Source: an uncultured Gammaproteobacteria bacterium (lineage in GTDB: Bacteria; Patescibacteriota; Microgenomatia; UBA12405; BS750m-G30). Taken from it: a DNA stretch of 64,000 nucleotides. Positions within the stretch are counted from its first letter, which is position 1. Every line of letters starts with the position of its first letter. Both the position numbers and the translations under genes were made by a program. Location: assembly GCA_964484095.1 (NCBI GenBank), contig CAZAEB010000001.1:1655-65654 (forward strand), in the 5' to 3' direction. A model generated the notes under the pieces. The model did not search any database, had not been told where the DNA came from, and was given only the letters and a program-made list of their open reading frames with translations. Shown here in pieces: positions 9,664 to 18,172 of this stretch.

Positions 9664-11349
9664 TTATTCTACCACTTTTTTTGATAGCTTTAAATCTGTC
9701 AATCGCAAAACCATCTTTTTCCTTCCTTGCCAAATATTTTCCTCAAAACAAGCCGCTATATCAACCAAATCTCCATTCTTTATCTTTGTCAACCAATTAC
9801 CAAGTCCAAAACCAATTGACTCACAAACCTGTTTCTCTAAAGGTTTAGTTTCAGGATCATCTAGTAAAAGTTTTAAATGACTGCCGCCGTTGCCAACCGT
9901 CTTAACCTCGATTACCCTTAAATTTTTAAAAATAAATAATGGCTCTGGATTACCAATCCCAAAGGGAGACATTTTAGAAATCGTTCTATAATTTACTACG
10001 TTTACACTATTAAGTTTTAGTTGGGCTTCAATATCAATACTCCCTTGAAGACTTTTTTTGCTCAATTTCTTTTCGGCTATTTTATTAAGCTTTTTTTCAA
10101 AAGCAGGTATTTTTTTTGCAGGTATTGTAAAACCTGCCGCTAAAGAATGACCGCCCACATCTACCAGTAGATCACCCATTTGTCTTAAGGTTCTAACAAT
10201 ATTAAACCCTTCTACAGATCTGGCCGAACCATATCCAAACCCATCCTCAATACTAATAACCACCGCTGGTCGACTATACACATTTGCAAGCTTTCCGGCA
10301 ATTAATCCGACAATTCCCCGGTGATACTCACTGCTTGAAGAAATGATTATCTGAGGCGGTTTTTTATTTTCTAAAAACTCATTTTCAACAATCAGAAATC
10401 CTTTCCCTGTTAAATCTTGCCGCTTGCTATTCACCTGGCAGGCATGTCTTGCCAAAAGCTCGCCTTTTTCCTTATCCCGAACGCAGATTAACTTAAGCCC
10501 ATCAAGAGAATTAGCAATCCTGCCCAAAGCATTTAACCTGGGAGCGATACTAAAAGAAATTTTTTGGGTATCGATTTTTTCCCCTTCAATTCCTGCCTGA
10601 CGAAAAAGACTTATTAGGCCGGGTCTTTTAGTCTTTTCAAGATAAGTAGCTCCGTATTTTATTATCCTTCTGTTTAGTCCTAAAACCGGCAGCATATCTG
10701 CCACCGTTCCTAGCGCCGCTAATCCTAAATCAGGAAAAGAAAGATTGGGTAAAGACACATATTTTAAAAAGAACCAGGTTACTCCACTACCGGAAAGAGA
10801 GGTTGAGTGAACAACCGCTGTCGCCTGGGGAAGTTGTTTTCCCTCCAGATGATGATCGATAATGATTGTGTCTATTCCTTTGCTTTTCAACTCCCTTACC
10901 GCCTTATTGGCGACAATACCGTTATCAACAGTAATAACCAGTCCAATATCAGGAAATTTCTTTTTAATCTTAAAAACTTTTGAGGAATTCAAACCATATC
11001 CGTCTTTATTTCGATCAGGAATATGAGGAATAACCTGAACTCCGGCAAAATGGAGTCCTTCCCATAAAAGCGCAGTACTACAAAAACCATCAACATCATA
11101 ATCGCCATAAATCAAAATCCTTTCCTTTTTCTCAATCGCTTCTTTTATCCTTTCCCCTGCTTTTGTTATCTCTTTTTCGTTTATGCCTGTTTTGTTAATA
11201 CTTACCTCATCAAGAGAAGTGGGATTTAAAAACTCATCAATTTCTTTAGCCTTTTTAATTCCCCGGTTCCAAAGTAGGTATTTTAGAAGGTTATCGCCTG
11301 TCAGCTTTTTTTTCAAAAAAGGATTATTTTTTTTCATTACCCATCTCAT
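9664..11349 (-). CDS. recJ: Single-stranded DNA exonuclease RecJ
   Basis: YGDYDVDG, TVDNG, DHH, GTVAD, PRLNALGR, GSARS, GGHSLAAG; start moved to ATG 11349 (avoids the cca overlap and has TATAAT 7 nt upstream). Confidence 0.95.
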   Translation of the reverse strand: MRWVMKKNNPFLKKKLTGDNLLKYLLWNRGIKKAKEIDEFLNPTSLDEVSINKTGINEKEITKAGERIKEAIEKKERILIYGDYDVDGFCSTALLWEGLHFAGVQVIPHIPDRNKDGYGLNSSKVFKIKKKFPDIGLVITVDNGIVANKAVRELKSKGIDTIIIDHHLEGKQLPQATAVVHSTSLSGSGVTWFFLKYVSLPNLSFPDLGLAALGTVADMLPVLGLNRRIIKYGATYLEKTKRPGLISLFRQAGIEGEKIDTQKISFSIAPRLNALGRIANSLDGLKLICVRDKEKGELLARHACQVNSKRQDLTGKGFLIVENEFLENKKPPQIIISSSSEYHRGIVGLIAGKLANVYSRPAVVISIEDGFGYGSARSVEGFNIVRTLRQMGDLLVDVGGHSLAAGFTIPAKKIPAFEKKLNKIAEKKLSKKSLQGSIDIEAQLKLNSVNVVNYRTISKMSPFGIGNPEPLFIFKNLRVIEVKTVGNGGSHLKLLLDDPETKPLEKQVCESIGFGLGNWLTKIKNGDLVDIAACFEENIWQGRKKMVLRLTDLKLSKKVVE

Positions 11350-11356
11350 ACCATCT

Positions 11357-11366
11357 ATTATATAAT
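11357..11366. promoter_or_regulatory. Palindromic ATTATATAAT giving overlapping divergent -10 boxes for recJ and cca
   Basis: Perfect 10-bp palindrome; TATAAT on each strand, 7 and 8 nt from the ATGs. Confidence 0.6.
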
Positions 11367-11374
11367 AGGTCAGC

Positions 11375-12730
11375 ATGAACACCAATCTTCCATTATTAAT
11401 TAAAAAAATAGCTAAAAACTTTATCAACAACAACTTTGAAATATATCTTGTCGGTGGCGCAGCCAGAGACATCATTATGAACAGAAAGGTTCACGACTGG
11501 GATCTTACTACCAATGCCACTCCGGAGCAAATACTGAAAATTTTTCCCAAAAACAGTTTTTATAATAACCGATTCGGAACAGTAGGAATAACAACTAGTG
11601 AAAAAGAAGTAGTCGAAGTAACTACCTTTAGAAAAGAATTAAATTACACTGACAAAAGACATCCGGAAAAAGTCAAATGGGGGAAAACAATTAAAGATGA
11701 CCTTTCTCGGAGAGACTTTACAATAAACGCAATTGCGGTAAAGCTTTCTTTTAAAGCCAGTAGCTTAATTAGTGAAATATTTGATCCTTTCAAAGGACAA
11801 AAAGATATCAAAAGTAAAACAATTATCGCGGTTGGAGATCCCAACGATAGATTTTCCGAGGATGCTTTAAGAATGATTCGAGCAATTAGAATTGCTTCTC
11901 AGATTGGTTTTATCATTGAAGATAAAACATTTGCCTCGATAATAAAAAATTCTGGCCTGATAAAAAAAATCTCCTGGGAAAGAATAAGAGACGAACTTTT
12001 TAAAATCCTGGTCAGCGCCCACCCCAACCAAGGAATCTGCTTTCTTTATAGCTCAAAACTACTTTCTCACATTCTTCCCGAACTAATCGTTGGAAAAGGT
12101 GTAGAACAGGCCAAACACCACACCGACGATGTTTGGACTCACTGCCTTAAATCCCTGGAGAACACCCCATCAAAAGACCCTATTGTTAAACTGGCCGCTC
12201 TTATTCATGATGTCGGTAAGCCATTTACCGCCCAAGGCGAAGGAGAAAAAAGAACTTTTTACAATCATGAAATTGCCGGTGGCAGAATTGCAAATGAAAT
12301 CGGCAAAAGACTCAAGCTTTCCAAAAAAGATCTAATCAGACTTAGAAAACTGGTTCGCTGGCATCAGTTTAGTGTAGATGAAAAACAAACCGATAAAGCA
12401 CTAAGAAGATTTGTCCGCCATATTGGCAAAGAAAACTTAAAAGACATATTAAAAGTAAGAGCTGGAGACAGGCTGGGAAGCGGGGTAGGAAAAACCTCCT
12501 GGCGAACCGAGCTTTTCAAAAAAAGATTAATAGAAGTTCAAAAACAACCGTTTTCAATAAAAGACCTCAAGATTAACGGGAAAGATGTAATGAAAACTCT
12601 CAACATTCCTCCCGGGCCAGAGATAGGCAATGTATTAACCGCTCTTTTTGAAGAAGTAGAAGATAATAAAGATCTCAATAATAGAAAAGATCTCTTAAAA
12701 AGAATGCTGGAAATTAAAAAAGGAAAGTAA
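11375..12730 (+). CDS. cca: CCA tRNA nucleotidyltransferase (class II) with HD domain
   Basis: LVGGAARD, DWD, RRDFTINA, EDALRMIR, ERIRDE, HDVGK. Confidence 0.92.
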   Translation: MNTNLPLLIKKIAKNFINNNFEIYLVGGAARDIIMNRKVHDWDLTTNATPEQILKIFPKNSFYNNRFGTVGITTSEKEVVEVTTFRKELNYTDKRHPEKVKWGKTIKDDLSRRDFTINAIAVKLSFKASSLISEIFDPFKGQKDIKSKTIIAVGDPNDRFSEDALRMIRAIRIASQIGFIIEDKTFASIIKNSGLIKKISWERIRDELFKILVSAHPNQGICFLYSSKLLSHILPELIVGKGVEQAKHHTDDVWTHCLKSLENTPSKDPIVKLAALIHDVGKPFTAQGEGEKRTFYNHEIAGGRIANEIGKRLKLSKKDLIRLRKLVRWHQFSVDEKQTDKALRRFVRHIGKENLKDILKVRAGDRLGSGVGKTSWRTELFKKRLIEVQKQPFSIKDLKINGKDVMKTLNIPPGPEIGNVLTALFEEVEDNKDLNNRKDLLKRMLEIKKGK

Positions 12731-12731
12731 A

Positions 12732-13604
12732 TTACCTCACCTTTTTTTTATTAATCAGCCTCTCCCAAACTACCAAAAGAGGTACCGCAGTAAATGTCGA
12801 GGAATAGGTTCCTAAAACAGTTCCAATTAGCAACGCCAACCCAAACCAGCGAGTAGACTCCCCTCCCAGTAAAAATAGAGAGGCAAGAACGAAAATAATC
12901 GTCATTGAGTTATTTATTGAACGAACCAAAGTTTCTCCTACCGCCATGTCAGCAACATCAGTAACAGAAGATTTTCCATAAATCTTTTTAAGCTCTCTGA
13001 TTCGATCATAAACCACTACCGTATCATGAACGGAAAAAGAAAGAATCGTTAAAAATGCGGTTACAAAAAGAGCATCAACTTCAATTCCCATAAAATGACC
13101 CAAAAGACTAAATGAGCCCACTAAAATTAAACTGTCATGAAGCATCGCCAAAACAGCACACACCCCAAACTTAAAGCTTTTAAAACGAAGATTAATATAT
13201 AGAAGAATTGAAAGGGCGGCAATTAACACGCCGGTCAACGCTTTTACCAAAAGCTCCTGGCCCAAACTAGGACCTAAAGACTCAAAACGAAGCTCACTAA
13301 ATTCACCTACTTCTTCTTCTAAGACCTTTTCCCACTCCTGTTTCAACTCACCACTGTCATGGGTAGATTTAATCAAAAACTCGCCTCCACCAAGCTCCTG
13401 AACGCTTAAAAGCTTCTCGCTAGACCCTAAAGAGCCGGCTACTTTCTCCATTGCTGCTTTTTGGGAAAAAGAAATCTCCCATAGATTGCCGCCAACAAAA
13501 TCAATAGAAGGTTTCAGTCCCCAGCTAAGCAAAGAAAACATGCTAATAACAATAAGAATGGCTGACAATGAAAAATACAACCATCGCAGATGCATAAACC
13601 TCAT
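12732..13604 (-). CDS. secF: Protein translocase subunit SecF
   Basis: IDFVGG, GPSLG, HDSLI, SVHDTVVVYDRIRE, GTYSS. Confidence 0.96.
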   Translation of the reverse strand: MRFMHLRWLYFSLSAILIVISMFSLLSWGLKPSIDFVGGNLWEISFSQKAAMEKVAGSLGSSEKLLSVQELGGGEFLIKSTHDSGELKQEWEKVLEEEVGEFSELRFESLGPSLGQELLVKALTGVLIAALSILLYINLRFKSFKFGVCAVLAMLHDSLILVGSFSLLGHFMGIEVDALFVTAFLTILSFSVHDTVVVYDRIRELKKIYGKSSVTDVADMAVGETLVRSINNSMTIIFVLASLFLLGGESTRWFGLALLIGTVLGTYSSTFTAVPLLVVWERLINKKKVR

Positions 13605-14866
13605 CTTTTGCCTCCCTTGCCATACAAAACTCTCATAATTGTTCTGACAACAACAATTCCAGTGAACATTTCAATAATTACTCCCAATCCTAAGGTAAGG
13701 GCAAAGCCTCTTACCATTCCTGAAGTATTTAAAAACGTCCAATCAAAAGGATTAAAAAGAATTAGGGTGGTAATTAATGTGCAAATATTGGCATCTCTTA
13801 TTGATTCCCAAGCCCTGCCAAAACCAAGCTCCATTGCTATCCGCCAGGGTCTTCCCAGTCTAATTTCCTCCTTCATTCGTTCAAATATCAAAATATTAGA
13901 GTCCACCGCCATTCCTAATGAAAGTAAAAAACCAGCCACTCCTGGCATTGTCAATGTTACCGGAATCAACTTATATAAAGCCAAGCTTAAAATCGCATAG
14001 ATAAGCAGACCAAGATTAGCCAGCATCCCCAATCTTCCATAAAAACCAACCATAAAAAGGGCTACTAACCCGACCCCCACCAAACCAGCTCTTATCCCCT
14101 TGCTAATCGACTCTTCTCCCAAGGTAGCACTAATCGTCCTTTGCTCAATAAGTTCAACTGAAACAGGTAAAGCGCCCGCATTTAACTGACTAACCATCTG
14201 TTTTGCTTCTTCTATGACAAAGTTGCCGCTAATTACCGCCCTGCCGTCAATAATCGGTTCGTTTATCGACGGAGCAGAAACTAAAAAGTTGTCTAAAAAT
14301 ATTGCCATCATCTTGTCAACATTATTTTTGGTTAGCTCGCCAAAGATATCCTTGCCCTTATCATCAAACTCTAAAGACACCTGAGGTTTACCAGTGTTGG
14401 GATCAAAAACAACTTCGGCTTTTTTCAAGTTTGCTCCACTCAAATCAGTTTCTTTTGAAAAAAGATCATAAATCGTGGCCGACTCGGTTGCCTCTGGAGG
14501 AAGATCTGTTTCTAATTTGAAATTTAGTTGGGCTGTCTGACCGATAAGAGCAACTGCTTTTGTGGGATCGACCTCTCCGGGTATCTCAACTACCAGTCGA
14601 TCTTCACTGCTGGTTTTTGATGTTTGAACTACCGCCTCACTCAGTCCAAACATATTGACTCGGCGCTCAATATTGTCTCTCAGCGAAGAAAGCGCTTTTG
14701 CCCTATCTTCCTCTGGAAGTTTATCCGTTTCCGCCCTAAAAACCAGATGAGCTCCACCGGCAAGATCAAGACCTTTTTTTAAAGGCCTGTTTTTGGACAG
14801 ATCCACAACCAATGCCAATGCTGTCAATACCAATATAAACAAAAAGATTGTTTTTGGATTTTTCAC
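13601..14866 (-). CDS. secD: Protein translocase subunit SecD
   Basis: GLDLAGG, RRVNMFGLSE, GALPV, GMAVDSNILIFERMKEE, VRGFALTL. Confidence 0.96.
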   Translation of the reverse strand: MKNPKTIFLFILVLTALALVVDLSKNRPLKKGLDLAGGAHLVFRAETDKLPEEDRAKALSSLRDNIERRVNMFGLSEAVVQTSKTSSEDRLVVEIPGEVDPTKAVALIGQTAQLNFKLETDLPPEATESATIYDLFSKETDLSGANLKKAEVVFDPNTGKPQVSLEFDDKGKDIFGELTKNNVDKMMAIFLDNFLVSAPSINEPIIDGRAVISGNFVIEEAKQMVSQLNAGALPVSVELIEQRTISATLGEESISKGIRAGLVGVGLVALFMVGFYGRLGMLANLGLLIYAILSLALYKLIPVTLTMPGVAGFLLSLGMAVDSNILIFERMKEEIRLGRPWRIAMELGFGRAWESIRDANICTLITTLILFNPFDWTFLNTSGMVRGFALTLGLGVIIEMFTGIVVVRTIMRVLYGKGGKR

Positions 14867-15063
14867 TTTATAGATTTCTTTTTGCCGTTTGCAAATAGAA
14901 GTATTTGTTTTGGACGTTTTAAGAATTGAACGGTCATTTTGCTATTATTTTCATCTAAATTAAAATCAACATCGTCGCCGATCTCTACTCCCAGCTGTTT
15001 TGCAAACTCAGAAGGAATTGTTACCGCTATACTGTTGCCTGTTTTTATCACTTTTCTTTTCAT
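14863..15063 (-). CDS. AbrB/MazE/SpoVT-family DNA-binding protein
   Basis: RKVIKTGNSIAVTIPSEFAKQLGVEIGDDV signature. Confidence 0.88.
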   Translation of the reverse strand: MKRKVIKTGNSIAVTIPSEFAKQLGVEIGDDVDFNLDENNSKMTVQFLKRPKQILLFANGKKKSIK

Positions 15064-15067
15064 TAAA

Positions 15068-15658
15068 CTATGTCTTTGCCAACTCTATTTCGTCACCATA
15101 AATAACCACCGGATTATTGATGAGAATATTTAGCAAAAACGGATCACGACTGGTTTTCCTAAGCTTGAACTCCTCCATATCCATAACTGCATAGTTAATT
15201 TCCCTACCTCTTTTTTCCTCTTCTTTTACCACTAACGCTCCTACCTCGGGAAGAACAGCCTTACCGACAATTAAAAAATCAACCTCGCCTTTGTTTTCTT
15301 CCCAGCGCAAAAAACGACCGGAAAAAAGAACAAACTTTAACTCTCCTAGTTTAGTTCGAGACTTTATTATCTGACCTCCCAAACCATCCACTCTAGCAAT
15401 AAGCTCCAACATTATTTGAAAAAAAGGATAGTTGTAATCAATCGAAAAAAATAGCCGGTTACCTCGTCGCTCTGACTGCAAAACCCCAGCTTTTTTCAAG
15501 TTATTTAGCTCTCTTCTAACCGAATTTAGCTCTTCCTCACTAAGCCTAGACGCTTCTCTGACATAATAAGCCTCTTTGGGCCGACTAAAAAACAGTTTTA
15601 AAAGCTTAAATCTTGTTTTTGAAACAATTATCCTGCCAAGACTTTTATTTAGATCCAT
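15068..15658 (-). CDS. Winged-HTH regulator fused to a degenerate minimal nucleotidyltransferase-like domain
   Basis: SKTRFKLL…YYVRE…SVRRELNNL…RRGNRLFF (wHTH); FSGRF…VDFLIVG…GREINY (MNT-like). Confidence 0.75.
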   Translation of the reverse strand: MDLNKSLGRIIVSKTRFKLLKLFFSRPKEAYYVREASRLSEEELNSVRRELNNLKKAGVLQSERRGNRLFFSIDYNYPFFQIMLELIARVDGLGGQIIKSRTKLGELKFVLFSGRFLRWEENKGEVDFLIVGKAVLPEVGALVVKEEEKRGREINYAVMDMEEFKLRKTSRDPFLLNILINNPVVIYGDEIELAKT

Positions 15659-16829
15659 AAGTAACTTTATTTCCTTTGGGCAGAATCTCTATCCAAACTA
15701 ATCCACGGTTTAGTTCAATCTCCTTGCCGCGACTATCAAAAAATACTGTTCTTGATTCTCTATCTTCTTTGCTCCAACTGCCGACAATCGCCTCACCGTC
15801 CTGAAAAATTATCGCCTCACCTTTTCCAGTTGTTGCGTACAAAATATGCTTGTGATCGTCAACCGGACCAGTTTCCTTGGCAAATTGGACAACAACTACT
15901 TTGGCTTTTATGGCATCGCCAGTCAAAAAGTCTTTTTGAACCTCATCACCATTAGACCGCTGGTAATTATTATTCTCTTTATTATACTCCCAACTGACCC
16001 CATAAGCACCATAGCCTTGCCAAAAGTAAATATCAATCTTATCCTCACTTCCTCTTTCATCTAATGCTAAATCATCTTTAAAATCCCAAGATCTAAAATC
16101 GCTTTTCCACTGATCAAAACCTCTTTCTTGAGCCTCTTGCCAGAGATTAACTGTGTCGCAATACATTGTGTGCTCGGTTGCTCGAGCCTCGCCAGTTCTA
16201 TCTGGTTCACGACGACAAACAGAATATGGAAGAGCAAACTGATCCAAATCATTCCAACTGCCACTATCCTTCCAACCATACTGCTCAATCTGACACAACG
16301 CCTTGGCTCTCGTGTCCACAGTCGTATCACTACACTTACCTGCTCCACCGACATGAACATAAAGAGGATTTTCATCATATTCTGAAGCCCAATCTAAAAA
16401 ATATGTTCTTGCCGATCTAACTGGCCCCAAATCATATTTTTTTTCTGCCGGAGCAGCTACACCGCAATAAAAAACCCCCATAAATCTAGTAATCGCCCCC
16501 TCGGCAACCGCTTCATAAATAACATCAGCGCGAGAAAGACCTGACTGAGGCCTTGAATTCTCATGATTCTCAATCATTACTAAAAGCGGCTTTCTTTCCT
16601 GCCAGATTTCTTTTTCTCCTTTAGTATACATTTTCCCATTAATTGGACACTCCTGATCTTTGGGAGCAGAAAGATCGATACTCCCGGAGGAACCAACCTG
16701 TGAATCAGATATTGGAGAAACTATTCTTTGCTCCTCTCCCAACGATAAAGCGGCAAAAACTCCTCCTGTAGAAATTAAATAAGCGCCAACAAAAAAAAGC
16801 CAATATTTTCCAGATATTTTTTTTATCAC
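15645..16829 (-). CDS. DUF3048 (YerB-like) exported protein
   Basis: VMIENH..SRPQSGLSRADVIYEAVAEGAITRF, GPVRSARTYF, GSWSK. Confidence 0.88.
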   Translation of the reverse strand: MIKKISGKYWLFFVGAYLISTGGVFAALSLGEEQRIVSPISDSQVGSSGSIDLSAPKDQECPINGKMYTKGEKEIWQERKPLLVMIENHENSRPQSGLSRADVIYEAVAEGAITRFMGVFYCGVAAPAEKKYDLGPVRSARTYFLDWASEYDENPLYVHVGGAGKCSDTTVDTRAKALCQIEQYGWKDSGSWNDLDQFALPYSVCRREPDRTGEARATEHTMYCDTVNLWQEAQERGFDQWKSDFRSWDFKDDLALDERGSEDKIDIYFWQGYGAYGVSWEYNKENNNYQRSNGDEVQKDFLTGDAIKAKVVVVQFAKETGPVDDHKHILYATTGKGEAIIFQDGEAIVGSWSKEDRESRTVFFDSRGKEIELNRGLVWIEILPKGNKVTYGSK

Positions 16830-17302
16830 TTTTTTCCTCCCTTAGCATTTTTAACAGCTAACTGTTCCTCCTCAGACAGATCGCCACTTGCAGCTTTTCC
16901 TTTAACTATCGACTTGGCATAAATTCTTGTCGAATCTCTTCCGTGCAAACTGGTAATCATTAGTCCGTCATTATCACCATTTAAAACTACCAGAGAAAAG
17001 CTCTGATTTCCACCTGTATTTGAAAACGGATTATACTTTACCAACCCCGACTTTTGGTAATGGCCACTTATTTGTTTATCAATCTTTGAAATTTCTTCCT
17101 TTACCTGCTTTAAATTATTTTTTGTTTCTTTTCCTTCCTTTAACAAAGCTTCTAAAACAGCCTCTAAATTACCCCTTTTCACCTTTTTTACAAGTCTTTG
17201 ATAATGACCAATTATTCGCCAAAAAAGAATTGTTAAGACAATATTCCAACCTAAAAAAAGTCCTCCGGCAATATAAAGAAATGGATCATCTGGTGTAATC
17301 AT
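16826..17302 (-). CDS. DUF4446-family membrane protein
   Basis: TM plus coiled coil, then KYNPFSNTGGNQSFS…SLHGRDSTRIYAK…LSEEE. Confidence 0.85.
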   Translation of the reverse strand: MITPDDPFLYIAGGLFLGWNIVLTILFWRIIGHYQRLVKKVKRGNLEAVLEALLKEGKETKNNLKQVKEEISKIDKQISGHYQKSGLVKYNPFSNTGGNQSFSLVVLNGDNDGLMITSLHGRDSTRIYAKSIVKGKAASGDLSEEEQLAVKNAKGGKK

Positions 17303-17311
17303 ATTGTTCAA

Positions 17312-17341
17312 ATTTTACCTTTAGAACAAGACCGGTGTCAA
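17312..17341 (-). promoter_or_regulatory. Sigma70 promoter of the DUF4446-secDF operon
   Basis: TTGACA (17336-17341), 18 nt, TAAAAT (17312-17317). Confidence 0.6.
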
Positions 17342-17363
17342 CACATGATATAATGTTTACAAA

Positions 17364-17561
17364 ATGAACAAGAAGAAAAAATCCAAAAAGGAAAAAATTG
17401 CTACAATAAAAAGAAAAAATAGAAAAAAACAGTCCCCAATCTTTCCAGTAATAAAAGACACCGCCCGAATTTCAACAATACAAATAAAAAAGGATTTGGT
17501 AAAAACACTGGCTTTATCCATACTTGCAATCGGAATTGTGCTTGTGCTATATTGGGATTGA
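17364..17561 (+). CDS. Small Lys-rich protein with C-terminal TM helix
   Basis: 65 aa, TGaTATAAT 9 nt upstream, C-terminal hydrophobic LALSILAIGIVLVLY. Confidence 0.65.
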   Translation: MNKKKKSKKEKIATIKRKNRKKQSPIFPVIKDTARISTIQIKKDLVKTLALSILAIGIVLVLYWD

Positions 17562-17645
17562 CTTTAGGAATCAGGCACATTTAGTTAAAAGTTGAGCACA
17601 TTCTTTTTATTAACTCCTGCCTTTTGAAAGGAGGTGAATGATTAA

Positions 17646-17792
17646 ATGGTATTCTACTGCGTAAAATGTCGCGCCAAGAAAGATGTTGGCGAAGATTTCG
17701 AAACATTGACCTTAAAAAATGGACGGCCTGCAGCTAAAGGAAAATGTCCTGACTGTGGAACAAAAATGTTTAAAATTGTTGCCGCAAAATAA
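17646..17792 (+). CDS. DUF5679-type zinc-ribbon small protein (48 aa, not in ORF track)
   Basis: MVFYCVKCRAKK…LKNGRPAAKGKCPDCGTKMFKI; strong SD GAAAGGAGGTGA at 17626-17637; terminator follows. Confidence 0.9.
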   Translation: MVFYCVKCRAKKDVGEDFETLTLKNGRPAAKGKCPDCGTKMFKIVAAK

Positions 17793-17806
17793 TAGATTCA
17801 AGAGAT

Positions 17807-17838
17807 AAAAAACCTCCCATTTGCTTGGGAGGTTTTTT
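17807..17838. terminator. Intrinsic (potentially bidirectional) terminator
   Basis: AAAAAA-CCTCCCA-tttgct-TGGGAGG-TTTTTT. Confidence 0.88.
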
Positions 17839-17868
17839 CGCAATTAAATGAAATTAATTGCCAGTATT

Positions 17869-17877
17869 TGATATAAT
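17869..17877 (+). promoter_or_regulatory. Extended -10 promoter of rnpB
   Basis: TGaTATAAT just upstream of the P1 helix. Confidence 0.7.
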
Positions 17878-17881
17878 ATGT

Positions 17882-18157
17882 TGCTTTAGGGATTGAGTGA
17901 TGGCCCCGCCGGTGGCGGGGAGGAAAGTCCAGACTGCAGAAGGCAGAATGTTCCCGAGCTTCGGGAATACCTAGCTTGCTAGGGAAAGATAGGGCCACAG
18001 AGACGAGTAATTGCGCTTTGCGCAAGGAAGTGAAACGGGCAACCCTCTTTGCAGCAATTCCAAATTGGTGTGGACGCCTTCTCCAATAAAACACCAGGTA
18101 GGAAGCTTAGATAGATCATCACATAAAACAGAATCTGGCTTACCAATCCCTGAAGCA
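17882..18157 (+). ncRNA. rnpB: RNase P RNA, compact form (~276 nt)
   Basis: GAGGAAAGTCC…GCCACAGAGACG…GTGAAACGGGCAACCC…AGATAGAT…ACAGAATCTGGCTTA; P1 formed by TGCTTTAGGGATTG/CAATCCCTGAAGCA. Confidence 0.95.
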
Positions 18158-18172
18158 GTTTTAATTAATAAA

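Noticed and set aside
11350-11475. N-terminal extension of recJ in the ORF track
   Set aside because: Overlaps cca head-to-head; ATG 11349 has a correctly placed -10 box
14863-15658. Classical toxin-antitoxin module
   Set aside because: No MazF, PIN or HEPN toxin ORF adjacent; the NTase motif is degenerate
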